This document shows, one piece after another, positions 13,501 through 26,600 of a DNA stretch of 64,000 bases. Numbering within the stretch: the first letter of the stretch is position 1; each line of letters starts with the position of its first letter. The position numbers were made by a program, and so were the translations under genes. The notes below the pieces were generated by a model. The model ran no database searches and was not told the DNA's origin. It saw only the letters and a program-made list of their open reading frames with translations. This DNA is from Anthoceros angustus. Its lineage: Eukaryota > Plantae > Anthocerotophyta. Location: the NCBI GenBank assembly GCA_010909165.1, contig MU008155.1, forward strand, positions 496,001 to 560,000, written 5' to 3'.

Positions 13501-14201
13501 TCTCACTTTCCGATGGTCCATGTTGGGCCCGCTGCGTGAGTGAGATTTGACGCTCGGGCGCCATCTCCTTCTCGTTGTCTCCCAAAACAAAACCTCGACT
13601 ACCTGCGGATCACGGTCGGAAGAAAAAAAATCGAGCCGCCCTCGCGCTCCTTCCACGCCTCCTCGCGAACTTGCGGCCCGATTTCTCTCCTCCGCGCCCG
13701 CCCGCGATCGTCGCGCCTTCCTCCTGCCGAGGCGGTGATTTGGCTGGCGTGGTATGCGCGCCCCTCTTCTTCTGACTCGCTCCGGCCCCTCACGGAAAGT
13801 CGCGACCTGTCTTGGGTGTGCCCTTCTCCCGATTGCGCTCCGGTGGTAGTCCCGCTCCGCCACTAGGGTTGTAAATTCCCACAGTGCATGCGTCCGTTTC
13901 TCGGCCACCGTGGTGGAACTAGCCACCACCCACTTGACTACACAAGCGTGGCATATTGTGAGCATCCCTAGCATATATAGACACCTTTTATTCTAAAATT
14001 CCCAATACCCAAGGACTCTATTTCTACCCCACCTCGGGTCAAACCTAAGGTCGAAAAATTATTATCTCCAAGGGCCAAGGACCATTCCGTATAAAAGACG
14101 ACTCGGGCGATTCTCAAAGCACTGCTATTCTAACACACCCAAAACAAAAAAATCGTTCACCGACACTTGAGGCGGGGTTAGTTCACATGTGGTCTTCCAC
14201 A
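10523..14201 (-). repeat. 3' LTR (~3.68 kb)
   Basis: On the minus strand it starts TGTGGAAGACC right after the PPT and ends CCATTCCACA; homologous over its full length to 20614-27637. Confidence 0.92.
11800..13900 (-). pseudogene. Extra ORF inside the LTR (plant-transposon-protein-like domain plus coiled coil); also at ~23150-25300 and ~25500-27350
   Basis: WVTRQLV....WPNGFC.....HMADHFLVFLHEVVKGTQIDWG..IF....EEKANLLFFP..LISP, then a helical charged region (QEKLLKEKLE; ATIEELQDEVSRVQ..ALEKFKK) in all LTR copies. Confidence 0.5.
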
Positions 14202-14217
14202 TACTCCCTTCTCATTT
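14202..14217 (-). promoter_or_regulatory. Polypurine tract
   Basis: Minus strand AAATGAGAAGGGAGTA directly before the TG of the 3' LTR. Confidence 0.85.
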
Positions 14218-14319
14218 GTTGGCGTCCTCGCCAACTTATTGGTAATATTTCTTGACCCGCCAACCGTTGTGCGTTGGCAAGGGTGAGCCACTAAAATCTT
14301 GAGTTGAATTGATCCGTTG

Positions 14320-15200
14320 TCGAAAACTTCGAAAACTACGAAGGGCCCCATCCATCGAGATGTAATTTACAGGAAATGCATGTATCGGTTATCGTATAGT
14401 AAAGCGGATCCCGGGAACAACGTATTCTTGACGCTTCAATCTCTTGTCGTGCCACTCCTTCCTCCTGTCTTTGGACATCGCATAACTTGGAGGCTTGTTC
14501 TCTCCTCCGTGTGTCGTCAAAACCCACCAACCTTTCCAAGCGACTTTCCTCCACGGCATTCGACTTGGTTCCTGTATTCTCGAGTGGGAACTTGAATTCT
14601 AGCAGCATGAATGCCGTAAAGATACGGGTTTCTTTGCGTTGTCACCTTTTCCATGATCCGTGCATACGATCTTGAATGCGATTTCATATCGATCATACGC
14701 GTGATGAGTTTGGTTAGGATCTTGCACAACAAGCCATTTGCCTTTTCCGTGACCCATTGGCTTTTGGGTTATAAAGGCGTGGACTTCACATGGGCGGCGT
14801 TGAAGTGGTTGGTCATGTTGGAGATTACGATTGAGAAATGTGTTCCTCATCACCAGCTCCGGTGAGCAGCCATATCGGTGATGATTTGCTCGAGCAGAAT
14901 CGCTCGGCGTCGCCGAATCTACGGCGGTGCACGTGCTTCTACCATCCGCGTGCGATGTCTGGCCACGGGATGTATTGGTTTTGGCGAGCCTTGGTTTTGG
15001 GGTGGATAGGATGACAAAATCGATTCCCCATTTCTCGAATGGTGCGGTGCAAGTATGGGGACAAGGGGCCATTGGGTTGTTCTTTGTTGCCGACCCTTTG
15101 GCAAGCGTCCGCGGCGCTTCACGAACTCCTTGGCATCCTTGTACATTGTAGGCCACCAATAGCCCTCCTCAAAATTTTCCGCATGTGACATGCGGCGGCA
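14320..15200 (-). pseudogene. pol: Integrase (pol)
   Basis: GYWWPTMYKDAKEFVKR, PFEKWGIDFV, HVKSTP..PKS; downstream of RNase H as expected for gypsy. Confidence 0.9.
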
Positions 15201-15549
15201 TAATGACCTCCGCCTCTTCTTCGTGTAAAGAGCTCGGGACTCCTCACAGCTTGATGCGTACCCATAACCGCTCCCTGCCGTCCGGATGACTCGGTATAAA
15301 TTCATATTGTGCCGTGTAATGGTGCGGAGTAGTGGACGCTTTGAATCATGTCTTGGATAGGATGTGGAGGAATTTGGCCGTGCCAAGATAATCGTATATC
15401 TCGATATGTTGGTCTTGAAGCCACCCTCCCTTCTCAATCGATCTGGCTCCCTCCTTCCGAGGCCCAGGCTTCAGGTTGGTTTGCAACTCCTATGACAGTG
15501 TCTCATCGGAAAGTCGTCTTCTGGTCGTTTCCACCTTTCCTGTTTTCAA

Positions 15550-15960
15550 TCGAGATATGAAGTCGGCATTGATATGCTTCCTACCCTCTCTCGTTTCCCT
15601 TTGTGAAGGTAAACTCACAGCGGCAAGATCCAGTGCTATGCGTCCGAAAGGTCGGTTTATTCACAAGGTGTTTCAAGGCAAAGTGGTCAACATGGAACAC
15701 AAATTCATACGAGAGGAGGTAGTGTCTTTCGACCGAGTAAACCATTCCCGATTGCTTGGCGCTCCGTGGTGGTATACTTTCGCTCGCGTCCGTTAGTTGT
15801 CTCCGGCATAGTAGATCGGAAAATCCTTCTTCTTCTCATCCGGCTAAGGGGCCCAATTGCAAATCTTTGAAACATCAGCAGCGTGGAACTTCTTACTCGA
15901 TCCGGTCCTTTTAGCGTGGGGCTGTAGCGATGTGGTGCGTAAGTCACGAAATGCTTCCTC
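15550..15960 (-). pseudogene. pol: RNase H (pol)
   Basis: KYTTTER, FVFHVDHFALKHLVNKP. Confidence 0.8.
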
Positions 15961-16099
15961 CCGTTCGTCGTCCACTCCCTCGATCCTTCCTTAACAAGCT
16001 CGTTAGTGGGGCGGCCGCTTGGCGAAATTTGGAGCAAGCGTCTATAATCGACCATCCCGGGAACCCGCGGAGTTCCTTTTAGCGTTGTTGGTGCTCTAA

Positions 16100-17400
16100 G
16101 GGTGGCGATGACCTTTACCTTGTCCGGATCTACTTCTATACCTCGGCTTGAAAATTGATGCTAGCGAATTCCTCGACATGCGTAGCACTTTTACGGATGC
16201 GAGCATAATTGCGTTGCTCGGCGGCGCTCCGAGGCCGGAGGTGCGGCGGATGGTCCTTGTGACCCGAATCACGTCGTCGGAAAACTTCCATAAAGTCGCG
16301 AAGTCCTTGAAAATTTTGTGATGGCTCGCATGAAGGACCGGTGCTCCGTCAACCGTCGCTGCTTGTAAGCATATGTCCCCGATCGGTTGTAAAAGCGGTC
16401 GAGGCCAATCGCTCTCCCTAAGGTGCGGTGATTATACCCAGTACCCTAGGAATGAATCGCCATTACACTGCGACGGATCCGAGGATATTATCGATGAAGG
16501 GTAGCGGAAAGTGATCCTTCTTGGTGACCTTATTCAACCTTCTCCGGTCGACAAACTCGGATTTTGCAGGCGCCTCTTAGGTACTACCACTATTGGAGCC
16601 ACCCATTCGGTATTGACTATAGGATAGATCACGTCCGCCTTGAGGTACATCTCCAAGCGATCCTTTACCTTGAGGAGTACTTGGATTTAACTTGTCTTGT
16701 GGAATCCTTCGGATTGCTCACGGTTCCAGTCAATCCTATGCTCGCCCCATTCTTTGGGGATCCCTTCATGTCTTACCTCGAGGCGAAAACATCGATAAAT
16801 TACGCAGCGGTTGCTTCATTCCTTCCTCCAACGCCGCATCCATTGTTCGGAGAATTTGAGCACCTTCCGGAAGAACCTCAACGTCCTTGACTTCATCGGC
16901 ACTCGCGCTCTCGGTGCGGTGATTATACCCAGTACCGTCTAGGAATGAATCGCCATTCACTGCGACGGATCCGAGGATATTATCGATGAAGGGTAGGAAA
17001 GTGATCCTTCTTGGTGACCTTATTCAACCTTCTCCGATCGACAAACTCGGATTTTGCACAGGCGCCTCTTAGTACCACTATTGGAGCCACCCATTCGGTA
17101 TTGACTATAGGATAGATCACGTCCGCCTTGAGGTACATCTCCAAGCGATCCTTTACCTTGAGGAGTACTTGGTTAACTTGTCTTGTGGAATCCTTCTTTG
17201 CTCCACGGTTCCAATCCTATGCTCGCCCCATTCTTTGGGGATCCCTTCATGTCTGTTACCTCGAGGCGATAATTACAGCGGTTGCTTCATTCCTTCCTCC
17301 AACGCCGCATCCATTGTTACGGAGAATTTGAGCACCTTCCGGAAGAACCTCAACGCGTCCTTGACTTCATCTGTACCACTCGCGCTCTCGGTGCGGTGCT
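16100..17400 (-). pseudogene. pol: Reverse transcriptase (pol) with a ~490-bp internal tandem duplication
   Basis: EWVAPIVVVPK, RRLNKVTKKDHFPLPFIDNIL, FLDGTGYN, FMEVF.DD. Segment 16422-16912 is repeated at 16913-17398. Confidence 0.9.
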
Positions 17401-17779
17401 AACCCGAATCCTTCTTACGGCTCCCGCGGTTCCTCTTCTCTCATGCCCCATTCCCTAAACAAATCCTCCGGCGTGAAGCTGCGTGGCGCCTCCTCCGGCT
17501 TTCTCCACTGCTGTTGAATCGCCGGACCCCTTCCGTGAGCATTCGGCGGTTACCCGTAATACCTCTTGGGTTAATTGTATATGGATATCTCTGCGGTAGT
17601 CCCGCTCCTCATCGAGACCATGAGATGTGTGCGACGGAACCTATCTTCCTCTTGCATCTCCCCCGTGTCCTCTGCCGAGTGTACCCTCTTTTGATTGGAG
17701 TTTCACACGCATACATGTCCTTACTCACGATAGGCACATCCTTCCCTCCTTGGTCTTGGGATCCCATTCCAGCGGTTTA

Positions 17780-18150
17780 AAACCGACTTCCTTTCACTTG
17801 GCGTGCATTGCGATCGTACATCCATGTTCGGCCAATTAGGGCGTCGTACCACAGCGATTTTCTTTGGATGACTACATAATCCATCAAGTAGGGATGGTTC
17901 CAATGGTCGTTAGCACCCTGTCGGTTCCCCACGGCACCATTACGGACATGTCGGCTAGCCTCAAAACCTTGGTAGTATGTTCAATATCCAAGCCCAATTT
18001 CCTAGCCGTGTCTTGTCATAATATTTACACGCCGTGTCAGAGGCACTCCTTTGATGACACATCCGAAATTTCCACACAGGTTTGGGCCTTGATCCACCAT
18101 GGATACCAAGTTCACATGCTGAGGCTGGTATAGGAACATTGCGCCTCTTT
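17780..18150 (-). pseudogene. pol: Retroviral-type aspartic protease (pol)
   Basis: GCVIKGVPL...VNIMT; MDYVVIQ.K..RRP. Confidence 0.7.
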
Positions 18151-18989
18151 TGGGTTGCGCCTCTTTTAACGCCCTCACGATGCCTATACGCGGATTGTCT
18201 CGGAGGAGTTGTCCGAATGTGATCATGAAATGTTGGTCCATGATGGCCTCGGCGAGATTGAAAAGCGGTGGCCCTGACCTCGCCATCCGAGTTTGGTTGG
18301 TGGGTTCCCGTTCGTCATGACTTGGGATGCGGTGGCCCTTCCGGTGGGGTGGTGGACTCCCACAGGGTGGTGGAAATCGACACCCCGCCTTTTCCCGTAG
18401 CCTCCCTTGCCAATTCTTCTTGTATCATATCCATGACTTCGTCGTCCGGTGGAAACCCTAACTCGGTTCGGTAACTTTCTCGAAATCGGTGGGTTCCACC
18501 CCCTTGCCAGTGACCCTTCATTCACCTTTCCGCATTGGAACACTCAGTCTCATTGCATCACTCTTTTGCACATATGGTCCATCCGCCAAGTCACTGCGGG
18601 ACTTGTTTTTCGTCTTTGGCCAACGTTCCGCTGGTGTTGGTATTTCCGCCCCCGAGCTGGTGGCGACACTCTCTCCCTCATCGATCCCGTGGTCGTATCC
18701 GCCTCCTTTCTTCTTTTTTTCCCCCCACGTCGCCTCTCTTTTGCTTTTGTGCTCCTTGTTCTACGACCATGGCGGAGGCTTCCCCATAATAATCGCTTCC
18801 TCTCGTCTAATCCCTCCAAGCTCCTCGGGGTTCCAATCTCGGCATCCTCCCATACCGCCATAAGTCGTCCTCAACATGCATGGCGGACAGGACTTGGGTT
18901 TGGCGGAGAACTCCCGTTCTGGTGGTCGCGATCCTCACCGTCTTTCGGGGCTTTGGCGAGCACACTTCACGCCAAATGCCCTGCTTGCT

Positions 18990-20450
18990 AATCTTGACAT
19001 AGTTTATCAAAATCTCCATTGCCTTGAGTTGGATAAGGGCATGTGCGCATAGTGTCAAGGTTGCGACAATTATAGCACAAGGCGGTGCCCATTGGATTGT
19101 TACCCTTGTGATTCTGACGCCTACCCCGTGGAATTACGTAGGTTGGCGGGTACATGGTCTTTGGGTACACTTGGGTTGTTGAACCTCCACGGATCGTATG
19201 TATCTTCCACGGACCCTCTTCCTCCTCTTCCTCATATCCCAGTGGTGTACCCTTGTCGTCGGACAATTAGCTTTGGAGTGTCCCTGCCCGTTGAGCAGAA
19301 GAGGTTGGCTCGTGGGTTCGTGACGACTCCGCCTCTCATGTTCCTTGACCGCATTAAGATGGAATTTCTCGAATTTTGCCATCATCTCCTCCATCTTGTT
19401 CCCTGTTGTTCTACTTTCTTGGCTGCTCGGCCTCCCTCCTCCTTGTTCGCGTCCTTCTTTGCGTACATCGCCTCTGTTTTGCCCTTGCCGACTCCTTGTT
19501 GTCCGTGCACGACCCTTCATTTTCTTTTTCCATTTGGCGCTCCTCGATGGCCTTCCTCCATCACTCGTTTCCTCCTCAGGAACTTTCATGGAATCTTCGT
19601 GGAGCTTTCTTCACGATGAACTTCCTTAGGAGGATGAGGAATCCTTCTTTTTCCCGGCTGGGCTTCTTCTTCTCCTTCTTAGCCTTCCTCCTCCCTTGCG
19701 GGTTGGATTCCTCATAGTTTAGCGCCGCCTTGATAGCCTTGCCCAAATTCTTCTCCGCTTGTAACCTTCGTGTCTCCCCATCTTAGAACCCGGGCCTTTA
19801 GCGAACCACCGTGTGCACGCAACTCAGTGAGGGCCACTTGATCGCGTGGTGAAACCTCTCCACATACGCTGCAAGGTTTCCTTCTTTCCTCTCTGCGGTT
19901 TTCAAGCTTGGACAACACGTATCCCTCGTCAAGCCCCAGACCTTTCACAGGCGGTTTTAATTCTTCATAGGTTCTTTGGAGGTGTGGGTGACTTGAGGTA
20001 TTCGCCTATACCACTTTTGGACCCCGAAGAACTCCAGAGAACAATGAATCTGGTGCATCTCCGCTTCTGGTTTGCAAATGTCAGCTCAAAAGCTCAACAA
20101 ATTCATCGGTCTTCATACCCTTCCCTCTCCATCTGACGGATAAGGTTGCTTGGTGGTGACCACCACCGGTGTGGTGGTGGTCATGACTATCGTTCTTGAT
20201 TCGGTGGTTGGTCCAACAACGGTTCTGCGAGTCGATTGATCTCCAACGATGCACACTTTTGGAAGAGGTCGTGGATGGAATTGGTCCGAGGTTCCTTGGC
20301 GGTGGTACCTCGTCCAAGTCCGAGGTTGGGGATCTTGCTCCAACAAGATCGGACCCCCCCAGTTGCTTCCTTACCTCCTTCTCCTTCCAGCAGGTCGTCT
20401 TGGACCCTCCTCAACTCGCGGTTTGCAACCCTTTTTAACCTTTCCGATTG
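18990..20450 (-). pseudogene. gag: gag (frameshifted in this sequence) with two zinc-knuckle-like motifs
   Basis: Charged region EEMMAKFEKFHLNAVKEHERR; ..NGQGHSKANCP; ALCYNCRNL...TCPYP; located between the PBS and the protease. Confidence 0.7.
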
Positions 20451-20595
20451 CTTGGCGTTGTCGCTTCTCGTGTGGCCTTCCGTCCGACTTGACTCGAACC
20501 CTCGACTCAACCGTGGCATCCATCTACCTAACTAGATACACTCCAAAACTAGACACCTAAGCTATGGTTAGTCCCCTATAACCTTGACAGTTTCA

Positions 20596-20610
20596 TTCCC
20601 GGCAGCGCCA
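20596..20610 (-). promoter_or_regulatory. Primer binding site, tRNA-Asp-like
   Basis: Minus strand LTR-CA-ttt-TGGCGCTGCCGGGAA; matches the Athila-type TGGCGCCGTTGCCGGGGA except for a 3-bp gap. Confidence 0.7.
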
Positions 20611-20613
20611 AAA

Positions 20614-23600
20614 TGTGGAATGGGTTTTGCATCCGAAGGCGCAAAGAGGCCACATTTACCCTCTATGTCGTTATAGTCCTAGGATTCGATCCCAAGGGAA
20701 TGGTGTTGTGTCAAGGTGTGCTAAATCTATGGATTCTAGACCCCCGTCGCTACCCCACCTTCTCCAGCTACCCCAAACCCACCAAGTGGTAGACTCGGCC
20801 ACCGCGTGGCGGTTGGTGTGGCGTCCCACCAGTGCCGCCTTCGCGAGTCTATTCGTCACGACTTCTCTAACACGGACCTAGGGGCTATCGGACACCTATA
20901 TCGCCTCACCTTACTTGGAATTTGCGATCCTACCACCTTCCACTCCCCCTACGCGTTTCGATTTTCCCTCACACGCTCTCACAATCCCTCCCGGTAGCAC
21001 AACTACCCCTCAGGAACCTTTCCCTTCCCAATGAACTCTCTCGTCTCACGGGCCACAGACCCCTTTCCCTTGGGCCACAGACCCCTCCTTGGGCCACAGA
21101 CCCCTCTCTCATGGAATGAACACACAGTGGTGCAGCGGTTGGAAAGAGGATCGGAAAACCCGGTCGGTGCTTGGGCGATTCGCCTTCCAGCGATTCCGCC
21201 TCGGCCGTCCGCGGCATCCTACCTCTTTTGCGGCGCCACCTTCCGTTACCCAGGCGTGGAGCTTGGCCACTCGCTCTCGACCATCCAGATCTTCCGGCCT
21301 TCTTGTGACGAGGCGGTCGCGAACCCGTTTGATCTTGACGGCGTCTCCAATCAACCCCACGAGTTCGATACGGAAGTTCACACGAAATGCGCCTTGAGAG
21401 ACACCCAAAGGGTCTCTTATACATCGGTGGTCCAACACTCACTTCTCTTTAGTGTCTAAAATTGTAGCTCCTACCACGGCGCCTTACCAATCTAAGCAAC
21501 ATGACTCTCGGTGATGGAACTCCCTATCCTCTACGAAAAACCCGGTCCTAGGCTATCGCGACTCCCCTAAAATCAGCTGCCGCCTCGCGATTCTTTGCCT
21601 CGCCCTCGGCCCATGGGGACCCCTCTCGCTCTTGACCTCGCCTCGATCCGGCGATTTTCCCCACAACCTCCACCTCGCTCTCGCTGAATTTCCCTCGCGC
21701 CTTCCCGCGGGGCGTTGCGCCTGTGACCTCTATGTCCATTGTCCGCTCCTCCTCATTTGGACAACCATACTGTGCTCCTCCCTCCATGCTCGCTGCGCCT
21801 CGCTCATCTCTTCCGGCACCACTTGCGGAGGATAGGCGCCGCTCCTACTCGAAGGAACCCAGTAGCGCTGTGGCGGTCAAGATGTCTGACCGGTGGTTTA
21901 CGCCCCTCTGTCCCAACAACCACATACGTTTAGAGTGAGCACCGCTCACCATGCGAGCCGGGGGACATGAGCATCCTCATCCGGACGCCGTAACTGTCGC
22001 CGATCTGAGGTCCTTACCCTCTCCTCCGTGGACAATCCACGGCGGCTGCTGATTCTCGAGGATGTCCCTCCATCTGCGACACTCCTGTGACTTCCCCACC
22101 TCGGTTCCCGTTCCACGGCGGTGGCTGGTTTAGCCACCGTGGTGGTTTACTTCACGGTGGTTGTTTGGCTCTCCTGGGTGGTCGGCCTTTCTTGGTTTGG
22201 CCACCTCTCTCTTGACTCGGCCCTAACCGTCTCTTTCCGCTTGTACCTCTCCGCTTCTTGAATTTCTCCAAGGCGCCATCGCTTCCACCACTCTGGACTC
22301 GCGAGACCTCATCTTGAAGCTCTTCAATTGTAGCATCGCCCCTTGACTGATTTACTAAAGCTTCTGAGTGGACATGTGCCTTAAGCGCTCCTGTGCCTTG
22401 CATAAGGCCGCCCGCACTCCGTCTGCGCTCCTCGGCCGCCTTGCTCTCGCCTTCCGGCATTCCGCCTCGGCCGTCGCTCCTCCTCTAGCGCGCTACCTTA
22501 CCCAGGCGTGGAGCTTGGCCACTCCGCTCTCGACCATCCGAGATCTTCCGGCCTTCTTGTGACGAAGGCGGTCGCGAACCCGTTTGATCTTGATGCGACG
22601 TCTCCAATCAACCCCACTCGGCGGTTCGATACGGAAGTTCACACGAAATCGCCTTGAGAGACACCCGGGGTCTCTTATACATCCGGCGTGGTCCAACACT
22701 CACTTCTCTTTAGTGTCTAAAATTGTAGCTCTCCTACCACGGCGCCTTACCAATCTAAGCAACAAGACTCTACGGTGATGGAACTCCCTATCCTCGCTGA
22801 AAAACCCGGTCCTAGGCTATCGCGACTCCCCTAAAATCAGCGCCTCCGATTCTTTGCCTCGCCCCATGGGGACCCCTCTCGCTCTTGACCTCGCCTCGAT
22901 CCGGCGATTTTCCCCACAACCTCCACCTCGCTCTCCTTTCTTCCCTCGCGCCTTCCCCACTGTGTCCTATGTCCATTGTCCGCTCCTCCTCATTTGGACA
23001 ACCATCTGTGCTCCTCCCTCCATGCTCGCTGCGCCTCGCTCATCTCTTCCGGCACCACTTGCGGAGGATAGGCGCCGCTCCTACTCGAAGGAACCAGCAG
23101 TAGCGCTGTGGCGGTCAAGATGTCTGACCGGTGGTTTACGCCCCTCCTGTCCCAACAACCACATACACGTTTAGAGTGAGCACCGCTCACCATGCGAGCC
23201 GAGGACATGAGCATCCTCATCCGGGCCAGTACTGTCGCCGATCGAGGTCCTTACCCTCTCCTCCGTGGACAATCCACAGGCGGCTGCTGATTCTCGGGGA
23301 TGTCCCTCCATCTGCGACACTCCGTCGGTGACTTCCCCACCTCGGTTCCCGTTCCACGGCGGTGGCTGGTTTAGCCACCGTGGTGGTTCTTCCACGGTGG
23401 TTGTTTGGCTCTGCGGTGCTGTTGCTCGGCCTTTCTTGGTTTGGCCACCTCTCTCTTGACTCGGCCCTAACCGTCTCTTTCCGCTTGTACCTCTCCGCTT
23501 CTTGAATTTCTCCAAGGCGCCATCGCTTCCACTGCTCCGGACTCGCGAGACCTCATCTTGAAGCTCTTCAATTGTAGCATCGCCCCTTGACTGATTTACT

Positions 23601-26600
23601 AAAGCTTCTGCGAGTGGACATGTGCCTTAAGCGCTCCTGTGCCTTGCATAAGGCCCGCACTCCGTCTGCGCTCCTCGGCCGCCTTGCTCTCGCCTTCGGG
23701 CTCTCCAACTTCTCCTTGAGCAACTTCTCCTGTTGGCCTTGTCGAGTGAGAGCCATGGGCTTGATCGAGGAGATCCGCTGCGTCGTGCCATGGCAGTCAA
23801 ACCACCAAATCCCCAAATTGGGCTGTCCCTTGCCCATCCGCCTCCACAACAATTCTCGTGTCTGACGGTGTCTCCTATCCCCACCTCGGTAGGACGGTTC
23901 GGTGAAATGTCGCCAAAAATGTCCGGAGCTCCGTTGCGGTCTCTCGGCGAAGTTAACCCCTCCTCTCCTAGGGGTTGGTGCCTTGCCTCTTCCCGCTTCA
24001 TTCTCCCTAGCGGCATTCATCCCCACACAGGAGGAGCAACTTGCCATTTCCCTTTACTTTTCCTCCTTTACCCGCGTTCTGCTGCCGTCTTGACTGGTGA
24101 CCACAGGTGTGGCTGGGTTCCTCCTCTGCTCTTGTGCCCTCCCTTCTTCGCCGATCCCGTTCGACCGTTGCCCTTCTTCTTTGGAAACTTCCCCACCCTC
24201 TTAGAACCTTCCGAGCGCACTCCCAAGCTACTGGAATCCTTGCCGAATCCTCCTTCAATTCCTCCTCTTCTACCTTGAGTTCCACGGCTTCCAACCATGC
24301 AGGACCACTTCAACTCCGTTAAACACCGGAATGCGCAAATACATGAATCGAAAAGGCGAAATCAAGGAGGGCCGAGGGAAGAAGAGTAAATTCGCCTTCT
24401 CCTCACAGGCTCTTTCGAAAATCATCCTCCCCAATCAATTTGTGTACCCTTGACCACCTCGTGAAGAAAAACCAAGAAGTGATCCGCCATATGATCCGAC
24501 TTCCGGTTACAGGAAACACAAAATCCATTTGGCCAATCCCACATTCTGCAGACACGAGTTGGCGAGTCACCCGACCATTGTTCACTCTCACTTCCCAGGC
24601 TTCATGGCGCGGCGGCTGCGGCTTTCAAGGTCTTCTTTGGGGTCAATCACCAAGCTCCCATCCTCGATGCTTCTCGCCCCTTTGCTCGAAGAGGCCAAAT
24701 CCAGATTCTGCGGCCTTTTCCTCGCGTCACCCTCTTGCGACTTGGTCCTTAATTGCGGGCGCACTCTTGCACCAATGCGGTATCGTAGCACCATTTCTTC
24801 TCCATGAACTTGAGACCCGGCTCACGCACGGTACCCGGCTCTCACTTTCCAGTGGTCCATGTTGGGCCGCTGCGTGAGTAAGATTTGGCCGCGGCTCGGG
24901 CGCCATCTCCTTCTCGTTGTCTCCCAAAACAAAACCTCGACTACCTGCGGATCACGGTCGAGAAGAAAAAAATCGAGCCCTGCGCGCTCCTTCCACGCCT
25001 CCTCGCGAACTTGCGGCGCCGATTTCTCTCCTCCGCGCGCCGCTGACGATCGTCGCGCCTTTCCTCCTGCAGTGAGGCGGTGATTTGGCTTTGGCGTGCA
25101 GCGCGCGCCCCTCTTCTGCGGCTCGCTTGCCCCTCACGGAAAGTCGCGACCTCGCAGTCTTGGGTGTGCCCTTCTCCCGATTCGCTCCGGTGGTAGTCCG
25201 CTCCGCCACTAGGGTTGTAAATTCCCACAGTGCATGCGTCCGTTTCTCGGCCACCGTGGTGGAACTAGCCACCACCCCTTGACTACACAAGCGTGGCATA
25301 TTGTGAGCATCCCTAGCATATATAGACACCTTTTATTCTAAAATTCCCAATACCCAAGGACTCTATTTCTACCCCACCTCGGGGTCAAACCTAAGGGTCG
25401 AAAAATTATTATTATCTCCAAGGGCCAAGGACCATTCCGTATAAAAGACACTCCGTGGTGACTTCCCCACCTCGGTTCCCGTTCCACGGCGGTGGCTGGT
25501 TTAGCCACCGTGGTGGTTCTTCACGGTGGTTGTTTGCTCCTGCGGTGGCATTGCTCGGCCTTTCTTGGTTTGGCCACCTCTCTCTTGACTCGGCCCTAAC
25601 CGTCTCTTTCCGCTTGTACCTCTCCGCTTCTTGAATTTCTCCAAGGCGCCATCGCTTCCACTCTGGACTCGCGAGACCTCATCGAAGCTCTTCAATTGTA
25701 GCATCGCCCCTTGACTGATTTACTAAAGCTTCTGCGAGTGGACATGTGCCTTCACTCCTGTGCCTTGCATAAGGCCGCCCGCACTCCGTCTGCGCTCCTC
25801 GGCCGCCTTGCTCTCGCCTTCGGGCTCTCCAACTTCTCCTTGAGCAACTTCTCCTGTTGGCCTTGCACTCGGTGAGAGCCATGGGCTTGATCGAGGAGAT
25901 CCGCTGCATGCCATGGCAAGTCAAACCACCAAATCCCCAAATTGGGCTGTCCCTTGCCCATCCGCCTCCACAACAATTCTCGTGTCTGACGGTGTCTCCT
26001 ATCCCCACCTCGGGGACGGTTCGGTGAAATGTCGCCAAAAATGTCCGGAGCTCGTTGCGGTCTCTCGGCGTTAACCCCTCCTCTCCTAGGGGTTGGTGCC
26101 TTGCCTCTTCCCGCTTCATTCTCCCTAGCGGCGTTCATCCCCTGGGAGGGCAACTTACCATTTCCCTTTACTTTCTCCTCCTTTACCGTTCTGCTGCCGT
26201 CTTGACTGGTGACCACAGGTGTGTGGGTTCCTCCTCTCTGCGTGCCCTCCCTTCTTCGCCGATCCCGTTCGACCGTTGCCGCCCTTCGCTTCTTACCCTT
26301 GGAAACTTCCCCACCCTCTTAGAACCTTCCGAGCGCACTCCCCCGGAATCCTTGCCGAATCCTCCTTCAATTCCTCCTCTTCTACCTTGAGTTCACGGCT
26401 TCCAACCATGCAGGCGGACCACTTCAACTCGTTAAACACGGAATGCGCAAATACATGAATCGGAAAAGGCGAAATCAAGGAGGAGGGAAGAGAGTAAATT
26501 CGCCTTCTCCTCACAGGCTCTTTGAAAATCATCCTCCCCAATCAATTTGTGTACCCTTGACCACCTCGTGAAGAAAAACCAAGAAGTGATCCGCCATATG

